A stretch of DNA of 64,000 bases, taken from contig JBBRNJ010000005.1 in assembly GCA_038230375.1 (NCBI GenBank), positions 128,001 through 192,000 on the forward strand, in the 5' to 3' direction. The position numbers and the translations under genes were made by a program. This document shows positions 26,809-37,000 of the stretch, one piece after another (within the stretch, counting starts at the first letter, position 1; each line of letters starts with the position of its first letter). The DNA is from Polyangiales bacterium (GTDB lineage Bacteria > Myxococcota_A > Polyangia > Polyangiales > Polyangiaceae). Under the pieces are notes generated by a model, which was given only the letters and a program-made list of their open reading frames with translations, had not been told where the DNA came from and did not search any database.

Positions 26809-27747
26809 ATGAAGCTCTCGAACTTCGTCCACGCTCCGCTCCTCGCCATCGGTCTCACCGCGCTCGCCGGGATCACCGGCTGCAGCCGCAACAACATCGA
26901 AGCGGTCAACCTCTCGAACGAGGGAGACAAGGCGAAGGGCTCCAACATCGACGAGGCGATCTCGAAGTACGAGCAGGCGACGCAGCTCGACCCGACGAAC
27001 CATCGCATCCTGTGGAAGCTCGCGAAGGCCTACGAGAAGAAAGAGGCGTGGGACAAGTGCGGGCAGACCGCCAAGAAGGCGCAGACCCTCGCGCCCAGCT
27101 ACGCGAACTACTACTTCGAGCAAGGGCTCGCGAGCGCGCGTATCGCGGGCAAAGAGAAGACGGGCGGCAACTGGGCGGAGCCCAAGGGTCCTCTCGAAGA
27201 GGCCACGCAGAAGGACCAGAACCTTGCGGATGCTCACTTCGAGCTCGCGGAGGTTCTTCTTCACCTCGACGACGAGGCCGGTGCGCTGCGCGAGTACTCG
27301 AAGGCGATCGACGTCCAGCCAGACAACACGCAGTTCTATGTCCCGCTCGCGGACCTCTACCTGCGCCTCAACCTGATCGACGAGGCCGAGAAGGTCGTTC
27401 GCGAGGGCATGGGCTTCGTGAAGGAGTCTGACCCGAAGGGGCAGTTCGCGATGCACAGCCTCATGGGCGCGGTCTTCGACGCGCGCAACCAGCCCGAGGG
27501 CGCCCTCAAGGAGTACGACCTCGCGCGGAAGGCGTGCGGTACTTGCACCGATCCGGGCCAGGCCATCGCGTTCTTCAACCTCGGCGCCGCGTATGCACAG
27601 CAGAATCCGGCGCAGACCAGCCAGGCCATGCAGAACCTCCAGAACTTCCACAAGATGATCTGCAAAGGTGGCGCGAAGGCCCGCTACGAGGACCAGTGCG
27701 CTCAGGCGCAACAGCTCGCCCAGAAGGTGGGCGGCAACCTGCAGTGA
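26809..27747 (+). CDS. TPR lipoprotein
   Basis: Lipobox ITGC; consecutive TPR repeats. Confidence 0.8.
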   Translation: MKLSNFVHAPLLAIGLTALAGITGCSRNNIEAVNLSNEGDKAKGSNIDEAISKYEQATQLDPTNHRILWKLAKAYEKKEAWDKCGQTAKKAQTLAPSYANYYFEQGLASARIAGKEKTGGNWAEPKGPLEEATQKDQNLADAHFELAEVLLHLDDEAGALREYSKAIDVQPDNTQFYVPLADLYLRLNLIDEAEKVVREGMGFVKESDPKGQFAMHSLMGAVFDARNQPEGALKEYDLARKACGTCTDPGQAIAFFNLGAAYAQQNPAQTSQAMQNLQNFHKMICKGGAKARYEDQCAQAQQLAQKVGGNLQ

Positions 27748-28036
27748 GACGCGGACGCTGATTGAGGCTGCCTTCGCGGACTGCCGCGGACTACAAGGTC
27801 CCCGGAATGTCAAGCATCGATGCTCTGCCTACAGCAGGTCCCGCGGCCCCAACTTCATGTGGGGCGGCGGGTATTTTGTGCATGGAACTCCCCACATGGC
27901 CGCGGTGCTCTGATACCGTGGAAGTCCGCGAATTGGGTCCGTCGCCGTTTCTGAACGTGCGCCGCTTGATGTAGCAAGCGGCAAGCAAGCAGGCGCGTGC
28001 GGGCGGTCCCTTTCGAACGTCGATACCCGAGGAATC

Positions 28037-31000
28037 ATGGATCTGATGGAGCGTCTCAGTTACCTCGAGAACGTGCGTGATTGGCAGGGGCTCGTCGAAG
28101 AGCTCGAACGCGGAATTGCCTCCGCGACCGCCAACGACGCGAAAGCCGCGCTGCATTTGAAGCTCGCGCAGGTTCTCGACGCGAAGTTCCTGGCCGGCGT
28201 GAAGGCGCTGAAGCACTTCCAGGACGCGTACAAGCTGAACCCGGCGCTGGCGGAGAGCCTGGAGCTCGCGCGCCAGATCTACTGGGACCTCGGCAAGCTG
28301 AACATGGTTCAGAAGCTCATCGAGCTGGAGCTCAAGTCCATCAAGGACGGCGCTCGCGCGAGCGCCCTGCTCCTCGAGCTCGGCGACGTGCTCTGCGACC
28401 TTGGTGACTACGACAAGGCGACCGCCACCTACGCCCGCGCGCTGGCTGCATCGTCTGGCGCGAACGAAGAGGCGAGCCTCTGCCTCGAGGACGCACAGGT
28501 CGACAGCTCATCGTGGCAGCCGCGCATCTCCACGATCCTCCAGTCCGCTTCCAGCACCGACGACAGCGTCGCGCGCGGTCGCCTTTTCCTCCGCGGCGTG
28601 CGCATCGTTCGTCGCTTCGCGCCCGAAGAGGTCGAGTCGTTGCTCGAGCGCTCGTACTCCGCGGACCCGCGCAACCGCCAGGTCGCGGCGCTCTACGAAG
28701 GCATGATGATGGAGGCCGGTCGCACCGAGGACCTCTCCTCGCTGCAGACCAAGGTGCTCGCCGGCATTGGCAAGAGCGAGGCTGGTTCGAGGGAGCGCGC
28801 GGAGATCGCGTGCGTGTTCGGCACGCGCTGGGTCTCGCGTCACCAGAACGTCGACGTGGGCACGCGCTTCCTCGAGGAAGCGATCAAGCTCGACCCGACG
28901 AAGGAAGGGGCGTTCCAGTACCTCCGCGATGCGTACGGAAAGAAGGGCGGCGACTGGGATCGCGTCCTCACGCTGGCCGAGGAAGCCGCCACGCATGCCG
29001 GCAACAACGGCAACGCGAGCTTCTTGCTCGCGCAGGCTGGTCTCATCGCATGGCGTCAGCTCGGCAACCTGCCGCGTGCCCGCATGTGCTTCGAGCGCCT
29101 CAGCGCGCTCGCGCCGGAGCACCCGCAGCTCCGCGCCTTCGAGGCCCAGATCGGCGAGACGCTCGGCAACCCGGACGGGATGACGAAGGCGACCGCGCCG
29201 CCTCCCACGGTCGTACAGACCGCGCCGCCGCCCGCGGGCTACAAGGCCTCCACGCCACCGGCATCGCAAGAAGCGCCGATGACGCCGCACGTGCAGGCGC
29301 CGGAAGCGGTCGTCGCAGAAGCACAAGCCGCCTCCGCGCCTCCGCCCGCGGCAGACCCCGAGCCCGAGGTTGCGCACGCCCCCGAGCATGCGCCGTCCCC
29401 GCACGCAGAGGTCGTCGATACGTCGATGCCGCTGCCGGCAATGGCTTCCGAGGCGCCCCCTCCTCCTCCTGTGGAAGCCTCCCCAGCCCCTCCGCCCGCA
29501 GCAGTTGCAGCAGCGCCCGTCGCAGCAGCAGCAGCCGCGGATTACGATCCCGCGAAGGTCGAGGAGCTGAAGGCTCTCGCCGAGAAGCAGGAAGCCAACA
29601 AGCGCTACAACGAGTACGTCAAGACGCTCCTCCAGATCGCGGCGATGGTGCCCGACGCCTTCGAGAAGGTGGAGCTCTACATGAAGGCCGCCGACCTCTA
29701 CGTCGGCAAGTTCGCGAACCAGGCCGAGGCCGTGAAGGCGTACGAGCAGGTCATCGCGCTCGACCCCGACAACGCGCAGGCCGTCGACTACCTGCGTCAG
29801 ATGTACGAGAAGCGTCGCGACTGGGAGAAGCTCCTCGGGCTCTCTCGCCGCGAGGCCGAGCGCATCATGAACGGCCCGGAGCGCGCCGCGAAGTTCCTCG
29901 AGATCGCGAAGCTCGCGACCGAGCGCGTGAAGAAGCCGGACGTCTGCATCGAGCTCTGGCAGGAAGTGCTCGACAGCGATCCGTCCAACGTCGAGGCGCT
30001 CGGGGCGCTCGGCGGTCTCTACGAGCGCTCCAAGGAGTTCGACAAGCTCGTCGACGTCCTGGAGAAGCAGGCCGAGCACACGTACGAGCCCGCCGCGAAG
30101 ATCCAGATCCTCACGAAGCTCGGCACGTACTACGGCGACAAGCTCAACAACGACGAAGGCGCCGTCAACGCGTGGCGCCTGCTCCTCACCCTCGATCCGA
30201 ACGATCGCAAAGCGCAGGAGGCCCTCAAGAAGAAGTACCTCGCGCTTGGTCGCTGGGACGACCTCGAGGTCTTCTACGCCGAGAGCGGCAAGTGGGACGA
30301 GTTCATCCGCGTCCTCGAGCAGCAGGAAGCGAAAGAGACCGATCCGCAGGCGAAGATCTCGCTCCTCTTCAAGATCGCCGAGCTCTGGGCAGACAAGAAG
30401 CAGAAGAACGATCGCGCCGCGAAGGCGTACGAGAAGGTCCTCGAGCTCGAGGCCCAGAACCTCCGCGCCGCAGAGGCGCTCATCCCGATCTACACGGCCG
30501 CCAACAACAGCAAGGCGCTCGCAAACGCGATCGAGGTGAAGCTCGGTCACGAAGCAGATCCCACCACCCGCATCGCGCTGCTGCGAGAGGTCGCTGGTCT
30601 CTACGAGTCGAAGGTCAAGGAGCCGCAGAAGGCGCTCGACCGTTACATCGCCGCGTTCGATCTCCTCCCCTCGGACGAGCAGACCGCGACCGACATGGAG
30701 CGCGCGGCCAAGGCCATGAACGGCTGGGACCGCGTCATTGCGGGCTACGCCACGGCGATCGACAACGCCGACAACGCCGCCGACATGGACCTCGCCATCG
30801 CGCTACGTCTGCGTCAGGGGCGCGTGCTCGTCGAAGAGATGAACCGCATCGACGACGCGCTCGGCGTGTACCGGGCGGTCTACGAGAAGGACAGCGAGAA
30901 CGCGATCGCGCTCGGCGCACTCGAAGGCCTCTACCGTCACACCGGCAAGTTCGGCGAGCTCCTCGGCATCTACGAGAAGAAGCGCGAGATGGCCGGTCCG

Positions 31001-34000
31001 GACGAGCGCAAGGCGATCTCCTACGAGATCGCGAAGCTCTACGAGACGGAGATCAAGGACGTCGACAAGGCGATCGAGACCTACGTCCAGATCCTGGACG
31101 AGGAGCCCACGGACATCGCGTCCCTCGGCGCGCTCGACGTCCTCTACGGAAACCTCGGTCGGTGGGAGCCCTACGTCGACGTTCTCCGCCGCCGCATCGA
31201 GCTCGATGCGACGGAGAAGGAGCTGATCGACCTCAAGTACCGCCTCGGCCAGACGCAGGAGAAGCACCTCTCCGACGCCGCGCCCGCGCTCGAGAATTAT
31301 CGCGAGATCCTCTTCCTGGACGCGCAGCACGAAGGCGCGCGCCTCGCGCTCGAGAACCTCCTCACGAACGAGGATCTCCGCGGTGAGGCCGCCAGCATCC
31401 TCGAGAACATCTACGAGGAGCGCGCCGACTGGACGAAGCTCATCTTCTCCCTCGGCATCCTCTCGCAGGCTCAGCATGACGTGGAGAAGCGCGTCACGAT
31501 CCTCCGGAAGATCGCGCGCGTGGCGTCCGATCAGCTGCAGGATTTCGCGCAGGCCTTCCGCGCGCTCTCGCAGGCGCTCACCGATGCGCCGGAGAACGCC
31601 GACACACGCCAGGAGATCGAGGCGATCGTCACGCACTCCAACGCGTGGACGGAGCTCGTTGCTCTGCTCGAGCAGATCGCGTCGGGCGCAACGGACGCCG
31701 CGCTCGCGCGCGAGTACTGGATGCAGCTCGCCCGCGTGAATGACACGCAGCTCCAGCAGGTGGACGCGGCAGCGCGCGGCTACACGAAGGTGCTCGGCCT
31801 CGACCCGTCGGATGCAGAGGCACTGGACGCGCTCGAGCAGCTCTTCTTCCGCACGCAGCGGTGGAAGGACGTCATCTCCGTCATCGAGAAGCGCATCGAG
31901 CAGACCACGGACGCAGCACGGACCGAGGCGCTCTATGCGCAGATGGCCCGCATCTACGACGAGGCCCTGGGGCAGCCCGGCGACGCGGTCAGCTGCTACA
32001 AGAAGGTCCTCGAGCTCGACCCGACCGCCCTCGCAGCGCTCGCGGCGCTCGACGCGCTCTTCTCTCGCCAGAAGATGTGGGGTGAGCTCGCCGAGAACCT
32101 CGAGGCGCAGCTGCAGCTCGCTGCGAGCGACGAGAGCCAGCTCAGTCTCATGCTCCGCCTCGCAGCGCTGCGTGAGAGCGAGATGGGCCAGATCGACGTC
32201 GCGATCGAGGGCTACCGTGCCGTGCTCGAGCGCGACATGCAGAACCAGGCTGCCTTCAGCGCTCTCGAGCGCCTCGGGCAGGACGCTCGCCACGAGCTCG
32301 TCATCGCGGACCTCCTCGAGCCGATGTACCGGCACCTCGGGGACTACGCGAAGCTCATCGGCGCGCACGAGGTCCAGGTCCGCCGCAGCGATGACGTGTC
32401 GCGCAGGGTGGAGCTCCTTCACCAGATCGCGCAGCTGTACGAGGACGCCGCCGGCGATCTCAATGCCGCGTTCGACACGCTCGTCCGCGCCTTGAACGAG
32501 GACCCCGCGAGCGAGCTCACGCAGCAGCACCTCGATCGCGTGGCACGCGTGACGGGACGCTTCGCGGATCTCGCGCACGCATTCGAGGTCCTCGCCCAGA
32601 AGGCGCAGGATCCGCAGCTCGCCAGCTCGCTCTTCATGACGAGCGCCCGCGTGTTCGAGAACGACCTCGGTCAGCTCGACACCGCGATCGCGCACTACCG
32701 CAAGACGCTCGAGATCGACGCGCAGAACCTCGCGGCGGCAGAGTCGCTCGAGCGCCTGTTCCGTCAGACGGAGCGTTACGCGGAGCTCTCGCAGATCCTG
32801 CAGGTGAAGGCAGAGATCCTCGAGGACACGCAGGCCAAGAAGGAAGCGCTCTACCAGGCCGCTGCCATCGAAGAAGACGTGCTCGAGAAGCCGGAAGCGG
32901 CCATCGGCGTCTACAAGAAGGTCCTCGGCATCGACGAGGACGACATCCGCGCCCTCGACTCGCTCGTGAAGCGGTATCTCGGGCTCGGCGCCTGGAAGGA
33001 CCTCCTCGCGGTCTACGCGAAGAAGGTCGACCTGGTCGCCGACCCCGAAGAGAAGAAGCGCATCTACTACCAGGTCGGCGCGGTCTACGAGCGCGAGCTC
33101 CAGGATCTGCACAACGCGATCGACACGTACCAGAAGATCCTCGAGCTCGATCCGGACGACCTCCAGGCGCTCTCGCGTCTGGACGTCCTCTACGAGCAGG
33201 CAGGGAACTGGGCAGAGCTCCTCTCCGTGCTAACGCGCGAGAGCGAGATGACGAACGATCCGAGCGAAGCGGTGAGCTTCCACTACCGGATCGCCGAGCT
33301 GTACGAGAAGAAGCTCGAAGACGTCGCGCGCTCGATCGAGCTCTACGCGGAGATCCTCGGGCAGCAGCCCGACCACGAGCCCACGCTCGTCGCCCTCGAA
33401 GGACTGAAGTCCGGCGATCGCGATCCGCTCGGCGCCGCGGCCGTCCTCGAGCCCGTCTACGAAGGCGCGAGCGACTGGACGAAGCTCGTCTCCGTTCACG
33501 AGGTCCAGGTCCAGCACGCCACAGATCCGTTCCAGAAGGTGGACCTGCTCCATCGCATCTCTCGCCTCTACGAGGATGCGCTGGACAACCACGGCGCCGC
33601 GTTCGACACGTACGCGCGCGCGCTCGGCTTCGACAACGGCAACGACTCCACGCTACAGAACCTGGAACGCCTCGCGATGACCGTGTCGCGCTGGCCGCAC
33701 GTGGCGCAGCTGTACGACGCCGAGCTCGACAAGCTCGGAGAGAACCGCGAGCGCTTCGTGGAGCTCGGGCTCCGCACCGCGCAGATCTTCGAGGTCCAGC
33801 TCGAGGACGTGGACAACGCCATCGTGCGCTACCGGCGCGTGATGGAGGTCGACGCGGAGAACCAGCAAGCGGTCAGCTCGCTCGACCGGCTCTACGTGCA
33901 GACGGAGCGCTGGGCGCAGCTCGCCGAGATCCTCACGCGCGAGTCCGAGATCGGTCAGTCGCCCGATCAGATCCTCGAGTTCAAGTACCGCCTCGGTCAG

Positions 34001-37000
34001 GTCCACGAGAACCACCTGAACAACCTCGACGCGGCGATCGCTGCGTACAGGGACGTGCTGAACGCCGCCCCCGAGCACATCACCACGCTCGCCGCGCTCG
34101 AAGGCCTCTTTGCGCGCGTCGTGAAGCAGGTCGAGATCGCGGAGATCCTGGAGCCCCTCTACCGTGCAGCGGCCGAGTGGGAGAAGCTCTCGCGCGTCTA
34201 CGAAGCGCAGCTCACGCACATCCCGGTGGCGAAGCCCGCTTCAGGTGATGAGAGCGTCGGGGTCGGTGGTCAAGAAGACCGTCTTGCGGCGTATTATCGC
34301 ATCGCGGAGGTCTACGAGGAGAAGCTCCTCGATCAGGCCCAGACACTGAACACGTACGTGCGTGCGCTCAAGGAGTACCCGCTCGACGACAAGGCAGGAG
34401 AAGAGGCGCCGCGCCTTGCTGCAGCGATCGAGCAGGGCTGGGAGAGCCTCGCGAACGCGTACGCCGACATCGTCGGTGCGCATCAGGATCCGCTCGTGCA
34501 GCGCACGATCGGCCGTCGCCTCGCGAAGACTTTCGAGGACGAGCTCGGCGACGTCGACAAGGCAGAGGAGACGTACAAGTACGTCCTCGGCGTCGACCAG
34601 CACGACACCGAGGCGCTCGCCAACCTCGATCGCATCTACCTCTCGACCGAGAACTGGCCGAACCTCGCCCAGATCCTCGAGATGCGTACGCAGGCGCCCG
34701 CAGAGGAGATGGATCTCATCGAGCTCTTCGCTCGATTGGGAGAGGTCTACGAGGCACGTGTCGCGGACGTCCCGAACGCAACCCGCGCGTTCCGCAGGAT
34801 CTTCGACAAGCTCGACAAGGCCCACGAGGGCGCGATCGCCGCGCTCGCGCGGATCTACGAAGGGCAGGGCGCCTGGACCGAGCTCATGACGGTCTACGAG
34901 CGCGAGCTCGAGAACGCCTCGGGTGACGTCGCAGAGGCCGAGATCCGCGCCAAGATCGCGCATCTCGCATCCGACCGCCTGAGCGACCCGACCCGCGCGG
35001 TCGACACGTGGAAGATCGTCCTTGATCTCCGCGGCGAAGATCCCGAGGCGCTCGGCGCGCTCGCCAACCTGTACGAGTCAGGCGAGTCGTGGCGTGAGCT
35101 CGTCGACGTGCTCGAGCGCGAGTTCGACATCGCGAGCGAAGACGAAGTTCGCGTGACGATCCTCGCGCGTCGTGCGCAGACGTTCACCGCGAAGATGAAC
35201 CGCGATGACCTCGCCCTCGAGGACTGGACGCGGCTCCTCGACATCGACTTCGCGAACCTGGGCGCGCTCCGCGCGATCGCAGCCATCCGTCGTCGTCAGC
35301 ACGACCCGAACGAGCTCGTCTCGGCCCTCCACCAGATGGTGGATCGCGCCGCAGCGAACCTCGAGGCCACAGAGCTGAAGGAGATCTTCCGCGAGCTCGG
35401 CAAGACCTACGGCAACGAGCTCCAGCAGCCCTTCGACGCCGCCGATGCGTGGCGCAAGCTGCTCGAGGTCGGCGCTGACTTCGAGGCCATGGACGCCCTC
35501 GAGGCCATCTACAAGAGCGAGGAGCGCTGGACGGACGTCATCGACGTCAAGATGCAGCGTGCCGCCGCGCTCGAGGAGCCTGCGCAGAAGATCGCAGAGC
35601 TCAAGGGCGCAGCTGCGCTCTGGAACGATCCGGTCAACGAGTATGACAAGGCAACACCGGCCTGGCAGAAGATCCTCGAGATCGAGCCCGCGCACGACGA
35701 GGCCTACAAGGAGCTCGAGAAGCTCCACACGCAGGGCGGCCGCTGGGAGCCCCTGATCGAGCTGTACCTCGGTCGGCTCGAGACCCGCGAGGACGTGCAC
35801 GAGAAGACGGAGCTCCTCCGCAAGATCGCGCGCGTGTTCGAGGAGAAGCTCGACGACAAGAACCAGGCGCTCGACGCGCTCACCAACGCCCTCGGGGAGG
35901 ACTTCCACGATCGCGAGACCGCGAAGTACCTCGAGCGAATGGCGCAGGCGACGGGCCGCTGGGGCGAGGTCATCCAGACCGCGAACAACTGGCTGCAAGC
36001 GCAGACGGAGCCGCAGCAGAAGATCCGTCTCTGCCTGCACCTTGCCAAGTGGTACGGCGACGACCTTGGTCACCCCGAGTACGCGCAGCCCTACTACGCG
36101 CAGATCGTCCAGCTCGACCCGAACAACGTCGGCGCGCTGCGCCAGATGGGTCAGCTCTATCGCAAGAACGCCAACTGGCAGCAGCTCGGCGCCACGCTCA
36201 CGCGCGCGCTCGACGTTGCCGTCGCAGACATCGATCGCAAGGAGATCCTCACGGAGCTCGGCGAGCTGCTCGACTCGCAGATGAGCCAGCAGGACCAGGC
36301 CATCACCTACTTCGCGCGTGCGCTCGAAGTGGACGGCCAGTTCATCCCCGCCATCGAGAACCTCGAACGCATCTACGCGGCGCGCGGCCAGAACAAGGAC
36401 CTCGTCGACGTGCTGCTCCGCAAGGTGCCGGCACTGAGCGAGACCGAGGCCGTCGTCGCCACGAAGCTGCGCATCGGTACGCTCTACGAGCAGATGAGCG
36501 AGTCGCAGAAGGCTGCGCAGACCTATCGCGAGGTCACGGATCTCGAGGCGCAGAACCTCCAGGCTCTCCGCGGCCTGGCCCGCGTCTACGAGCTCTTGAA
36601 CTCGTGGCCCGAGCTCGTGAAGACCCTCGAGCTGGAGCTCGAGGTCGTCACCACGGAGCGTGAGCGCATCGACCTCTTGATGAAGCTCGCCAACCTCCAG
36701 GAGGAGCACTTCCTCAAGGCGGACATCGCGGCGCAGCGCCTCGAGCAGGTCATCGAGATCGACCCCTCGAACGAAGAGGCGTACGTCGCGCTCGAGCGCA
36801 ACTACCGCCGCCTCCGCCAGTGGCCCGAGCTCAATCAGACCTACGAACGCCACATCTCCGCCACGCTCGAGCGCAAGACCAAGGTGGAGCTCTACGGCTT
36901 CATCGCCCAGGTCTTCGCCGATGAACTCGACGACACCGAGCACGCGATCGACGCGTACAAGAACATCGTCGACCTTGACGACGTGAACGTGCCGGCGCTC

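Noticed and set aside
27748..28036. ncRNA or riboswitch upstream of agmK
   Set aside because: Short GC hairpins only; no recognisable RNA family motif
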